Assembly: GCA_964016885.1 (NCBI GenBank)
Contig: OZ024765.1
Location: forward strand, 19,282,001 to 19,346,000
Source of the DNA: Eledone cirrhosa
Lineage: Eukaryota
DNA: 64,000 bases
Reading direction: 5' to 3'
A program made the translations under genes and the position numbers. The number at the start of each line of letters is the position of its first letter. Position 1 is the stretch's first letter. This document shows, piece by piece, positions 28,915 through 45,074 of this stretch. The notes beneath the pieces were generated by a model. That model made no database searches, was not told where the DNA came from, and was given only the letters and a program-made list of their open reading frames with translations.

Positions 28915-29023
28915 TATATATATATATATAATATATAATATATATATATAATATATATAATACATATAATATATATAATACATATAATATATATAATACA
29001 TATAATATATATATATATATATA
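27625..29023. repeat. (TG)n then (TA)n/TAA-rich microsatellite
   Basis: Direct reading. Confidence 0.95.
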
Positions 29024-30224
29024 TGGAAGCAGGGACTAGAGAGAAAGGGCCTCAAAGTCAACATGACAAAGACTAAGGTCCTTGTAAGTAGACGAGAAAA
29101 CAGAACCCAGATCCCCTCAGGGAAATGGCCTTGCTCAGTATGTAGGAAAGGTGTAGGTAGGAACTCCACTCTCTGCCCCAAATGCAAACAATGGGTACAC
29201 AAGAGATGTAGCGGGATCTCAGGAAGCTTAATTAAGAATGTAGGATTCACATGCAGCAGCTGTGCTGAAACAGCAAGCAAACAGCCACAGGAAACAAGTA
29301 CCACCAATCTCTGGGAGGGCCCTGTAGAAACAGTAGACAGCTTCTGCTACCTAGGTGACCGAATTAGCAACGGAGGTGGGTGCTCAGAAAGTACAATAAC
29401 TAGGGTAAGAACGGGATGGAAGAAGTTTAGGGAACTACTACCACTGCTAGCTGCAAAAGGCTTCTCCCTCAGAATGAAAGGCAGACTGTATGACGCGTGT
29501 ATCCGAACAGCGATGTTGCATGGTAGTGAGACCTGGGCGCTGAAGGTGGAAGACTTACGTAGATTAGAGAGAAACGAAGCCTGCATGCTCCGATGGATGT
29601 GTAACAGTAATATACGTGAACGACAAAGCATAAAGGAATTGAGAGAGAGACTGAGCATAAGAGGAATCAAATGCTGCGTGCAGGAGAGGCGGTTACGCTG
29701 GTATGGACATGTGATGCGTATGAAGGATGACAGCTGCATAAAAAGGTGCAGAGCACTAGAAGTTGATGGAAACCGCGGAGTGGGGAGACCCAAGATGACT
29801 TGGGATGAGGTGATAAAAGCCGACCTTACCCAACTACACCTCTCAAAGACAATGACACACGACCGTGACTTCTCGCGTCACGCAGTAATACAGGGTACCC
29901 GACCTCCCATGGGTACATGCTGAAGCATATAACAATATGCCCCCACTCCCCCCACCGCAAGGTGGTCGTGGAGGTGCCACGGCAAAAAAGCACCCAGCCC
30001 ACACTGTAAAGTGGACGTGTAGGCGCCACGAAAAAGCAACCAGCACTCACTGTAAATGAGGTTGGTGTTAGGAAGGGCATCCAGCTGTAGAAATCAAGCC
30101 AGATCAGTTCCTGTATGAGCAAGGCATGGTCAGCCGACCAGACACTGCCCACAACAGGACAACCCGTCTAACCCATGCTAGCGTGGAAGAACGGACGTAA
30201 AACGGTGATGATGATGATGATGAT
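29024..30224 (+). mobile_element. 5'-truncated RTE-clade LINE (open 286-aa C-terminal ORF plus 3'UTR)
   Basis: ORF 29063-29923 with Cys/His finger (CSVC..CPKCKQWVHKRC..CSSC), FCYLG, MLHGSETW, RLRWYGHVMRM; (GAT)n tail. Confidence 0.92.
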
Positions 30225-30387
30225 ATAATATATATAATATATATATAATATATATATATATAATATATATAATATATATATATATATATATAATATATAT
30301 AATATAATATATATAATATAATATATATATATAATATAATATATATATATAATATATATATATAATATATATATAATATATATATAT

Positions 30388-30452
<65 letters not shown>

Positions 30453-30721
30453 ATATATATATAATATATATAATATATAATATATAATATATATAATATA
30501 TAATATATATAATATATATATAATATATATAATATATAATATATAATATATATAATATATATAGTATATAAAATATATATATATATATATAATATATAAT
30601 ATATATAATATATAATATATATAATATATATATATATAATATATATAATATATATATATAATATATATAATATATATATATATAATATATATAATATATA
30701 TATATAATATATATAATATAT
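30225..30721. repeat. AT-only microsatellite
   Basis: Direct reading. Confidence 0.95.
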
Positions 30722-32550
30722 AAGGGTAAAGGAGATGCCCTAGATAGGAGTAACTATAGAGGCATTAAATTAATCGACCAGGTCATTAAGGTCACGGAAA
30801 AAGTAATAGCGCAACTAATCAGAGAGAGAATTGATCTAGATGAAATGCAGTTCGGGTTTGTGTCAGGCAAAAGTACCACAGACACTCTTTTCATTGTACG
30901 ACAACTACAGGAGAAGTACCTAGCTAAAAGTAAACCCCTATACTTAGCTTTTGTCGACTTGGAAAAAGCCTTTGACAGAGTGCCCTGTTCCATTATCTTG
31001 TGGGCTCTTAAAAAACTAGGTGTTGATGAATGGCTTGTGAGAGCTATACAAGCTATGTATAAAGAAACAGTCAGCAAGGTTAGAATTAACAACTAATATA
31101 GTGAAGAGTTTAGCATAAAAGTTGGTGTTCATCAGGGCTCCGTTCTATTTATTATTGCCCTTCAGGCTATAACAGTGGAGTTCAAGACCGGCTGCCCATG
31201 GGAACTCCTATATGCAGATGATCTAACGCTCATAGCTGAATCAATGGCCGAACTAGAGAAGAAATTCCAAACATGGAAGCATAGCCTAGAATCAAAAGGC
31301 CTTAAAATTAACCTGGCTAAGACTAAAGTTCTAGTTTGTAGGAAAGAAAATAGGGCGGCGGTCCAATCCGGGAAATGGCCATACTCAGTGTGTAGGAAAG
31401 GCGTAGGTAGAAACTCCATTTTATGTTCCAAATGCAAAGTATGGGTGCATAAAAGATGTTGTGGGATCACAGGTAAGCTAACTGAGAACATAGATTTTAC
31501 ATGTGGCCGGTGCTCTGGTGCAATAAGTAGCAGCAAGTGCCCACAAAATACTAGCTCTTTCAACTGCGCAGAGGGTTCTATAGAGATAGTGGACAGCTTC
31601 CATTACCTGGGTGACAAAATCAGCAGTGGGGGAGAGTGCTCTGAAAGTACAGTAGCTAGAGTCAGAACTGGATGGAAAAAGTTCAGAGAGCTTATACCTC
31701 TATTAGCCGCTAAAGGGTTCTCCCTAAAAATGAAAGGCAGGCTGTATGATGCCTGCATACGAACAGCAATGTTGCATGGCAATGAGACCTGGGCATTGTG
31801 TGCAGAGGATATACGCAGACTAGAGAGGAACGAAGCTTGCATGCTCTGCTGGATGTGTAATAGTAATATATGTGAACGGCAAAGCATTAACGAACTAAGG
31901 CAAAAATTAGAAATAAGAGGGATCAGATGTTGTTTACTCGAGAGAAGGCTACGTTGGTATGGTCACGTGATGCGCATGAAAGACGATAGCTGTATAACAA
32001 AGTGCAGGGCAATAAAAATAGACGGTAGCCACGGAGTAGGCAGACCCAGAAAAACCTGGGACAACTTGATAAATTCCAACCTCACTTACACCTCTCCAAG
32101 ACAATGTCACTGGACCGAGATCTTTGGCGGTACTCAGTAATAGAGAAGACCCGCCTTACCTAAATACAAAGTAAAACCTACTACAGTCAGTAGGCACCTC
32201 TAACAACCCCCCCCCCCTCCGTCCCACCACCCCCATCCATCCACACCGCCCCTTTCAATGTAAAGTTATGTTGGTACCACAACATCCAGGCCAAAACAAA
32301 TGAGGTCGTGTAGGTGTCACGACAAAAAAAACACACACAGTCCACGCTGTAATGTGGCCGTGTAGGCAACACGGTAAAAACCTCCCAGCCCCACACTGTA
32401 AACGTGGTTGGTGTTAGGAAGGGCATCCAGCTGAAGAAAACCCGCCAGACAGTCCTATGCGAGCAAGACAACCACTCTTGCCTCAAGTGGGAAAATTCCC
32501 GTCCAAACCCATGCAAGCGTGGAAGATGGACGTTAAACGATGATGATGAT
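30722..32550 (+). mobile_element. 5'-truncated RTE-clade LINE with disrupted reverse transcriptase domain
   Basis: NYRGIKL, QFGF, AFVDLEKAFD, GVHQGS, LLYADD; stop at 31094-31096 and frameshifts; 3'UTR and (GAT)n tail. Confidence 0.95.
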
Positions 32551-32712
32551 ATAAATATATATATGATTATATATATATATATTTATATATATATATATAA
32601 ATATATATACCCTTGCTAGCAGGGAATGGGGACATTAAAACAATAATGATGATGCTATATATATATATATCTATATAATATAAGATCAAAAGATGGTTAA
32701 AGGAGTTCCATA

Positions 32713-32783
32713 TATTTTATTATGCGCATTTCAAAAACAAACATCATCAAGCAATAATATTTGTGTTTTCATCAGATAAAACA
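32713..32783 (-). ncRNA. Minimal type I hammerhead ribozyme
   Basis: Reverse complement: tgttttat CTGATGA aaacacaaatatta..tgatgtttgttttt GAAA tgcgca TA ataaaata; stem III palindrome ATGCGCAT. Confidence 0.75.
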
Positions 32784-32933
32784 GGAGAACATGATATGAA
32801 GGCTAAAAAACACTTGTGGATAGTGCAGTTTTAAATCAACATATTATGCATACTCCAGTCCCACAAACTGTAGAGTGCTTCTTATCCGATATCTGCATTG
32901 CTTTATTGTACTACAATAAAACTCACCTCCTAC

Positions 32934-32968
<35 letters not shown>

Positions 32969-33228
32969 GTGATGGTAGTCATGTCGGTGTGCGTAATGTT
33001 GTTGTTATTGGCGGTGGTGGTGGTTGTGTTGTTGTTATTGGCGGGAGGGAGGGGGGGTATTAATACAACCATACTGCCAGTCAGATGTTAATGCCTGTGT
33101 GAGCCCTACACAACAGTTCACATAATTACATACTATCCCCCTCCAGGGCAACAAACCCACCCACCCCATCCTCCACCCACCCCTCACCTGCCTTCACACT
33201 TCTTTTGTCAACTTATTACTGTGAAGAT

Positions 33229-33443
33229 GCATGGCTTAGTGGTTAGAGCATTGGGCTTGCAATCGAAAGGTTGTGAGTTCAATTCTCAGACCGGGTGATG
33301 TGTTGTTTGCTTGAGCAAGACACTTTATTTCACATTGCTCCAGTTTACTCAGCTGTAGAAATGAGATGATAGGGACTGGGGTCCTTATCATTCCACTGTA
33401 AAGTGGTCGTGGAGGTGCCACGGCAAAAAAGTACCCAGCCCAC
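33229..33443 (+). mobile_element. 3'-truncated tRNA-derived SINE
   Basis: Same head and body as 24009; runs into a (CA)/(CAGA) repeat. Confidence 0.85.
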
Positions 33444-34302
33444 ACAGACACACACAGTGTCCCACACAGACAGACACACACACAGAGACATACAGACAGA
33501 CACGCATACAAACAGACAGACAGACACACACACAGACACACACACACAGTCACACAGACAGACACACACAGACACACAGTCACACACACACGCAAACACA
33601 CAGACAGACACACACAAACAAATACACACACAGACAGACACACACGCACAGACAGACATGCACACACACAGACAGACACACACACGCACACAGACAGACA
33701 CACACACACAGACACACACACGCACACAGACAGACACATGCACAGACAGACAGACACACACACACACAGACACACAGACAGAGAGAGATACAACTGTGAA
33801 GACAGTTAACTAACTGTTCCCCCTCCATACAAACATCTGTTGACATTAATCCAGTCCAGATCTGCCCACCACCTCTTAAACATACATACAAGTCTCACAT
33901 CCTGTTGCACACAGACACTCAAATATATCTCCCCACCACCACCACCACCACCACCACTACTACCTCCAGCACCACCACCACCACCGCCATCACTACTACT
34001 ACTATCACCACCCCCACCCCCCACTGTCATCTCCCCCACCACCGCCGCCACCATCACTACTATCACCACCCCCATCACCACTGTCATCTCCCCCACCACC
34101 GCCATCACTACTACTACTATCACCACCACCACCCCCACTGCCATCCCCAGTCATCTCCCCCACCACCACCACTATCACCACTGCCATCTCCACCACCACC
34201 ACCACTCATCCTCACCACCACCATCACTTCCATCCCCCCACCACCACCAGTAACCGTCACCATGAACACCACCATTATAGCCACCACACACACACACACA
34301 CG

Positions 34303-34341
<39 letters not shown>

Positions 34342-34493
34342 CAACATGTATATACATACATTCATCACACACACATACAAATACATATACACACACACAC
34401 ACACACACATACATACACAACAACCTCCAGGACCAAAGTAACATAGCTCCTTACTTCAAAAGCTACAAATGGCTGCTATAAGAATGTAGCTCC

Positions 34494-35373
34494 TTAACCC
34501 TTTAGCATTTACTCTATATATACTACTAGTTGAGGTACCCGGCTTTGCCTGGGAGAACAGCTAAGAGAAGACGGATAAAAGAGAAAATGATTATATTGGA
34601 TGTGTTGTCTGGTATGAGGTGAGACTGTAATATGTGTGTCTGAGAGAGACAAACAAAACAATCATAAAACTTCCTTATAAGGCTGGGGCAGTAAACTGCC
34701 GATTAAATAGTAGCATTGGCCTTGGAATTTAAATGTGAAATAACCATAGTCAGTATGATCTTTTTTAGCTCCAAAGGACGTCATCTGAAACACAGCAATA
34801 TACCACATAACATTGCTTCTGAAGTGTTTAGCTTCGTTAGTACGGTCTGTAAGTAGTATATAGATAAAAGCTGGAGGGTTGATCAATTTCAAATAGTATC
34901 AATTGTTCTTTGTTCTGTAAAATCAAAGACTGTAAAACTACTTTATAAAAGCTAACGCAATATTGTTAAACCTTCAACTGATATACTTTGATCTATAGTT
35001 TAATCCGATTCTAGACTTTTGTGGAACATGACTCTCTCTCTCTCTGAATATCTAACACTTTAATTGTATCTCTCTGTATAACAGCCTATCTCTCTCCCTC
35101 TGTGTTTCTCTCTCTTTAGATCTGTATGTGTGTGTATGTATTTGTGGTCCAACCAACCAACCAATAAACATCGTTACTTTATATTATATATAGATTATAT
35201 TTTCATGGTAAATGTTTTATCTCACATAATATCGAATCTATGAGATTTTGATGTTATTTATTTTAAGAACAATACCTTAACATCAGTATGAGCAGCCAGT
35301 TATGGTTGCTGTGAACAGAAAGAGGTGAGAGAATTGTGGCCAGATACAGCCAGTTTAAATGCGAAAGAGTTAT
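34494..35373 (-). mobile_element. TTAA-type (piggyBac-like) MITE interrupted by a Helitron
   Basis: Ends ttaaccctttagcattta and tttaaatgcgaaagagttat; with 34526-35194 removed it aligns in reverse to 60107-60718. Confidence 0.75.
34526..35194 (-). mobile_element. Non-autonomous Helitron with Rep N-terminal remnant
   Basis: 5' TCTATATATAAT, 3' hairpin CCCAGGC-AAA-GCCGGG then CTAG, inserted between A and T; ORF 34662-34892 AKHFRSNV..FQMTSFGA..TFKFQGQCYYLIGSLLP resembles the Helitron Rep/helicase N-terminal region. Confidence 0.85.
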
Positions 35374-35509
35374 TTCACAAGCTACAAATGGCTGCGATAC
35401 CTGTATCCTTCAAAATCTGTAAAACATTCTTAATAATACAACTTTTTTTTCTTTTTCTTCCCAACCTTGCCACCAGGAAGGTGGCCAGTCAAAAGTAAAC
35501 TCAACATTA

Positions 35510-37320
35510 ACAGTTATAACAGAATACTAACAGTGATAATAACAATAACAGTTATAAAAACAGTTACAACAGCAGTAGTTACAATTATAACAAGTTATAA
35601 CAACAGTTATTACAGTTATAACAGTTATAACAACAGCAGTTACAATTATAACAACAGTTATAACCACAGTTATAACAGCAGCAGTTACAATTATAACAGT
35701 TATAACCAGTTATAACAGCAGCAGTTACAATTATAACAGTTATAACAGCAGCAGTTACAATTATAACAACAGTTATAACAGCAGCAGTTACAATTATAAC
35801 AACAGTTATAACCACAGTTATAACAGCAGTAGTTACAATTATAACAGTTATAACCAGTTATAACAGCAGCAGTTACAATTATAACAACAGTTATAACCAC
35901 AGTTATAACAGCAGCAGTTACAATTATAACAGTTATAACCAGTTATAACAGCAGCAGTTACAATTATAACAGTTATAACCACAGTTATAACAGCAGCAGT
36001 TACAATTATAACAGTTATAACCAGTTATAACAGCAGCAGTTACAATTATAACAACAGTTATAACCACAGTTATAACAGCAGCAGTTACAATTATAACAGT
36101 TATAACCAGTTATAACAGCAGCAGTTACAATTATAACAGTTATAACCATAGTTATAACAGCAGCAGTTACAATTATAACAGTTATAACCACAGTTATAAC
36201 AGCAGCAGTTACAATTATAACAGTTATAACCAGTTATAACAGCAGCAGTTACAATTATAACAGTTATAACCACAGTTATAACAGCAGCAGTTACAATTAT
36301 AACAGTTATAACCAGTTATAACAGCAGCAGTTACAATTATAACAACAGTTATAACAGCAGCAGTTACAATTATAACAGTTATAACCAGTTATAACAGCAG
36401 CAGTTACAATTATAACAGTTATAACCACAGTTATAACAGCAGCAGTTACAATTATAACAGTTATAACCACAGTTATAACAGCAGCAGTTACAATTATAAC
36501 AGTTATAACCAGTTATAACATCAGCAGTTACAATTATAACAGTTATAACCAGTTATAACAGCAGCAGTTACAATTATAACAGTTATAACCACAGTTATAA
36601 CAGCAGCAGTTACAATTAAACAGTTATAACCAGTTATAACAGCAGCAGTTACAATTATAACAGTTATAACCAGTTATAACATCAGCAGTTACAATTATAA
36701 CAGTTATAACCAGTTATAACATCAGCAGTTACAATTATAACAGTTATAACCACAGTTATAACAGCAGCAGTTACAATTAAACAGTTATAACCAGTTATAA
36801 CAGCAACAGTTACAATTATAACAAGTTATAACAGCAGCAGTTACAATTATAACAGCAGCAGTTACAATTATAACAGTTATAACCAGTTATAACAGCAGCA
36901 GTTACAATTATAACAACAGTTATAACCACAGTTATAACAGCAGCAGTTACAATTATAACAGTTATAACCAGTTATAACAGCAGCAGTTACAATTATAACA
37001 GTTATAACCAGTTATAACAGCAGCAGTTACAATTATAACAAGTTATAACCAGTTATAACTACAGTTATAACTAACATTTATAAAAAAAAAACACTCATAA
37101 AACAAGTTATAACAGCAACAAGTTATAAAAACAGTTATAAAACAGTTGTAAAACAGTTACAAAAACAGTTATAACAATAATTACAGCAGTTATAAAAAAC
37201 TGTAATAACAGTTATAAAAACAGTTAGAACAACAGTTGTAAAACAGTTACAACAGTTATAACAATAATTAGAAATTATAAAATAACAGTTATAAAACAAT
37301 TATAAGAACAATAACAACAG
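35510..37320. repeat. Minisatellite built from GTTATAAC / CAGCAGCAGTTACAATTATAA modules
   Basis: Direct reading; degenerate at both ends. Confidence 0.9.
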
Positions 37321-37451
37321 GTTTTAGTGATTTTTTTTATTATTTTTACTTTACATCCAACTAAAAATCTCATTAACTTACCAAGTATTGTTCACTAAAC
37401 AGTTAAATACTGTTTCACACTAAAGAAGTGATTCACTCTTGAGTTTGTTCA

Positions 37452-38290
37452 CAGTCCTCAGAGAGAGTTTCTGCGTGGCTGGTACTGTCTGTGTGACTGT
37501 GTGTCTGTGTGTGACAGTGACACAGTCAAGAGAGAGTTTCTGCGTGGCTGGTACTGTCTGTGTGACTGTGTGTCTGTGTGTGACAGTGACACAGTCAAGA
37601 GAGAGTTTCTGCGTGGCTGGTACTGTCTGTGTGACTGTGTGTCTGTGTGTGACAGTGACACAGTCAAGAGAGAGTTTCTGCGTGGCTGGTACTGTCTGTG
37701 TGACTGTGTGTCTGTGTGTGACAGTGACACAGTCAAGAGAGAGTGTCTGCGTGGCTGGTACTGCCTGTGTGACTGTGTGTGACAGTGACAGTCCAGAGAG
37801 AGTGTGTCTGCGTGGCTGGCACTGTCTGTGTGTCTGTGTGTGTGACATTCCAGAGAGAGTGTCTGCGTGGCTGGCACAGTCTGTGTGACTGTGTGTGACA
37901 CAGTCCAGAGAGAGTGTCTGCGTGGCTGGTACTGTGTGTGTCTGTGACAGTGTGACAGTGTGACAGTGTGACAGTGTGACACTCCTCAGAGAGAGTGTCT
38001 TTATGGCTGGTACTGTCTGTGTGTCTGTGTGTCTGTGACAGTGTGACACTCCTCAGAGAGAGTGTCTTTATGGCTGGTACTGTCTGTGTGTCTGTGTGTC
38101 TGTGACAGTGTGACACTCCTCAGAGAGAGTGTCTTTATGGCTGGTACTGTCTGTGTGTCTGTGTGTCTGTGACAGTGTGACACTCCTCAGAGAGAGTGTC
38201 TTTATGGCTGGTACTGTCTGTGTGGCTGTGACAGTGTGACAGTCCTCAGAAAGAGTGTCACTATGGCTGGTACTGTCTGTGTCACTATCT
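37452..38290. repeat. Two related about 59-67-bp minisatellites
   Basis: Units built on agagagag..tggctggtactgtctgtgtg. Confidence 0.9.
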
Positions 38291-38434
38291 GTGTCTATTA
38301 CTGTGTGTGTGTGAGAGAGTGTGACAGTGACACAATGTGTGAGAAAGAGTGTGTGTATGTCTATATATGTGTCTGTGTGTGTCTGTTACTGTGTGTCAGA
38401 GGGTGTCTGTATGTCTATATATGTGTGTGAGAGT

Positions 38435-38472
<38 letters not shown>

Positions 38473-38926
38473 CTGTATGTGAGAGTGTGTGTATGTGTCT
38501 CTGAAAACAAGACATCCCCCACCCAACCCTGAACCGAGAGAGGGGTGGGTGATAGTCAGAAGTGGCTGAGTATCTCTGATAGGGTGAACGTGGGTCTTTA
38601 TGTGTGAAGGAAAGACCTCGTTAGGTTGAAAAGCAACGTTTATCTCGGCGGGATTCCAATGCAGAACGTAAGGGGCCATAACTCTATGCCACAAAGGATG
38701 TTGTCTGACACTGCCAATTACATCCACCTAATAAGAGAGAGTGGAGTGGGAGTGAAATAAGTTACAGGAGGGAGTGAAGGTCAAGAGGTCAAGAGATGGC
38801 CACACAAGTTTTGGGGGTTTTTTCTATTTATTTTATTTTTATGAAATAAATAAAAAATTTATTTTTTTTATTTTTGTTTTATATTTTTTTTAATCCTGAA
38901 TTTTTTGTTTGTCTTGTCTTATTTAA

Positions 38927-41600
<2,674 letters not shown>

Positions 41601-41950
41601 TGTTATTATACTCCATAGACTCACCAATTCTGTTGTTTTAATCTAATTTAATTAACAGGTATAAATTAGAAAATACACTTTTCTTTGTCTTTTTACTTCT
41701 TTTTTTAATTTTTTTTACGTTAATTATCTAAACATAATTAACTATTTAATTAGGTTAATTATCTAAACATAATTAACTATTTAATTAGGTTAAATTAAAT
41801 TAAATTAAATCTTCAAAAAATAATAATAATTGAAATATTCCGGGATTTAGAGTTCAAAAGGGAGAAAAAAATGGTGGGGTGGGGGCATTTAATTATTTTT
41901 ACTGGGGGAGGGAGGTGTTCCACTAGCCTCCCCTCTCCCCAACCTTTTGC

Positions 41951-41959
41951 TATATATAT

Positions 41960-42010
<51 letters not shown>

Positions 42011-42108
42011 CATATATATATACATACATATTCATATATATATATATATATACATATGTATATATATATTCATATATATATATATATGTATACATATGTA
42101 TATATATA

Positions 42109-42184
<76 letters not shown>

Positions 42185-42562
42185 TATATATATACATATG
42201 TATACATATATATATATATATATATATGTATGTATATATATATGTATACATATGTATATATATATATTCATATATATATATATATATATGTATACATATG
42301 TATATATATGTATATATATATATATATATATGTATACATATATTCATATATATATTCATATATATATATATACTTATGTATATATATATATTCATATATA
42401 TATATATACATATATGTATACATATATGTATATATATGTATATTCATATATATATTTATATATATATACATATGTATATATATGTATACATCTATATATA
42501 TGTATACATATATATATATACATATGTATATATATGTATACATATATATATATACATATGTA

Positions 42563-42616
<54 letters not shown>

Positions 42617-42694
42617 CATATGTATATATATATATATATATATACATATATATACATATGTATATATATATATATATATATACATATGTATATA

Positions 42695-42726
<32 letters not shown>

Positions 42727-42732
42727 CATATG

Positions 42733-42764
<32 letters not shown>

Positions 42765-42865
42765 CATATGTATGTATATATATATATATACATATATATA
42801 TACATATATATATATACATATATACATATGTATATATATATATATATATACATATATATGTATAC

Positions 42866-42912
<47 letters not shown>

Positions 42913-42996
42913 TATGTATACATATAAATATACATATATATACATATATATACACATATATATATATATCATACACATGTTCATAGATGTAGTGCA

Positions 42997-43095
<99 letters not shown>

Positions 43096-43100
43096 TATAG
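41951..43100. repeat. (TA)n compound microsatellite
   Basis: Direct reading. Confidence 0.95.
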
Positions 43101-43142
43101 TGTGGCATGGTATGTTGGTGTAATGGTTGAGTAATTTATATT

Positions 43143-43148
43143 TTTATT
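43143..43148 (-). promoter_or_regulatory. Candidate LATS polyadenylation signal (AATAAA on minus strand)
   Basis: AATAAA about 700 nt downstream of the stop; a second candidate at 43508-43513. Motif only. Confidence 0.3.
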
Positions 43149-43174
43149 ACAGCCAGCCTTCTCATAATGTAGAA

Positions 43175-43495
43175 ATGGTGTGGTGGTAGTGGTAGTGTAG
43201 TGGTGTAGTGTAGTGTAGTGTAGTGTAGTGTAGTGTAGTGTAGTGTAATAGTGGTTTGGTGTGGTGGTAGTGATAGTGTAGTGGTGTATTGTAGTGTAGT
43301 AGTGATGTGATGTGGTGGTAGTGATAGTGTAGTGGTGTAGTGTAGTGTAGTAGTGGTGTGGTGGTAGTGATAGTGTAGTGGTGTATTGTAGTGTAGTAGT
43401 GATGTGGTGTGGTGTAGTGATAGTGTAGTGGTGTATTGTAGTGTAGTAGTGATGTGGTGTGGTGTAGTGATAGTGTAGTAGTGGTTTTGTGTAGT
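43175..43495. repeat. (GTAGT)n-based repeat
   Basis: Direct reading. Confidence 0.85.
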
Positions 43496-43527
43496 AATTT
43501 TTCCTTTTTTATTTTTGTAATAATTAT

Positions 43528-43884
43528 CACAGCTCTCTTCCTCAGACATCAGACAGGTGTAAAGGGTGGCCTCACAGCTCTCTTCCTCAGACAGATATAA
43601 AGGTGGCCTCACAGCTCTCTTCCTCAGACATCAGACAGGTGTAAAGGGTAGCCTCACAGCTCTCTTCCTCAGACATCAGACAGATGTAAGGGTGGCCTCA
43701 CAGCTCTCTTCCTCAGACATCAGACAGGTGTAAAGGGTGGCCTCACAGCTCTCTTCCTCAGACATCAGACAGGTGTAAAGGGTGGCCTCACAGCTCTCTT
43801 CCTCAGACAGATGTAAGGGTGGCCTCACAGCTCTCTTCCTCAGACAAACACAGTTTTTCTGCTGTCAGTGTAAGGGTGGCCTCC
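43528..43884. repeat. About 38-46-bp tandem repeat overlapping the LATS stop codon (8 copies)
   Basis: cacagctctcttcctcagaca..gtaa(a)gggtggcct repeated. Confidence 0.9.
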
Positions 43885-44223
43885 GTCGTCAAAGAAACGA
43901 CGGAAAGTGAACTCAAAGAAGCCGTGCTCTGGGGGTCTCATACTGGGGTCCCCATCATTGTTGTCCTTGTACAACTTGTCGGTGTCGACCGGGTCAAAGT
44001 TGGATGTGTCAGTCGCATACATGATGGTAGGTGTATAAGGGGCGGTCTGCTGTCGCAGTCCGTTGAACGTAAGGCCATTGAAGAAGGCGTGTCGCTTTAT
44101 CTCGTCGGCCCCATTGTGGCCGAGCCGCTCACTTGGGTCAGCGAGGAGAGAAAGGATGAGATCAGTGGAGGCCGACGATAGCTTCTTGATTGGCACCTGG
44201 AGGTGTTCTTGCCAGTTTATGAC
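43840..44223 (-). CDS. LATS: LATS/Warts kinase terminal coding exon (subdomain XI, AGC C-tail, hydrophobic motif)
   Basis: VINWQEHLQVP...ERLGHNGADEIKRHAFF...TDTSNFDPVD...HGFFEFTFRRFFDDGGHPYTDSRKTVFV-stop; FEFTFRRFFDD is the LATS hydrophobic motif; acceptor ctaac..ctttctctcccCAG; TGA at 43840-43842. Confidence 0.95.
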   Translation of the reverse strand, partial: VINWQEHLQVPIKKLSSASTDLILSLLADPSERLGHNGADEIKRHAFFNGLTFNGLRQQTAPYTPTIMYATDTSNFDPVDTDKLYKDNNDGDPSMRPPEHGFFEFTFRRFFDDGGHPYTDSRKTVFV

Positions 44224-44320
44224 CTGGGGAGAGAAAGAAGAGATGGTTAGTTATAGTGGTGCTGACAGTCGTGATGGTGATGGTGATGATAGTATTGATA
44301 TTCTATATATATACATATAT

Positions 44321-45074
44321 GGGCATTGTGTGCAGAGGATCTGTGCAGAGGATCTGCGCAGACTGGAGAGGAACGAAGCAGGTATGCTCTGTTGGATGTG
44401 TAATAGTAATATACGCGAACGGCAAAGCATAAATGAACAAAGTGAGAAATTAGGAATAAGAGGGATCAGATGCTGTTTACTCTAGAGAAGACTACGTTGG
44501 TATGGTCACGTGATGCGCATGAAAGATGACAGCTGTATAAAAAAGTGCAGGGCGATCAAAATAGACGGTAGCTACGGAGTAAGCAGACCCAGAAAAACCT
44601 GGGACGACTTGATAAAATCCGACCTCACACACTTACACCTCTCCAAGACAATGTCACTGGACCGAGATCTTTGGCGCTACGCAGTAATAGAGAAGACCCA
44701 CCTTGCCTAAGTACAAAGCGAAACCTACAGTCAGTAGGCCCCCTCCTAACCAAAATACACCCCCGTCCCACTAACCCTACCCCCACCACCATCTACACCA
44801 CCCCTTTCGATGCAAAGCTATGTTGGTACCACAACAACCAGTCCTAAATAAATGAGGTCGTGTAGGTGTCACGACAAAAAAACAGTCCATGTAGGTAACA
44901 CGGTAAATACCTCCCAGCCCACACTGTAAACGTGGTTGGTGTTAGGAAGGGCATCCAGGCGTAGAAAACCTGCTAGACAGTCCTGAACAAGACAACCAAT
45001 CTTGCCTCAAGTGGGACAATTCCCGTCCAGACCCATGCTAGCGTGGAAAGTGGATGTTAAATGATGATGATGAT
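44321..45074 (+). mobile_element. 5'-truncated RTE LINE in the last LATS intron (antisense to LATS)
   Basis: Similar to 31790-32550; (GAT)n tail. Confidence 0.9.
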
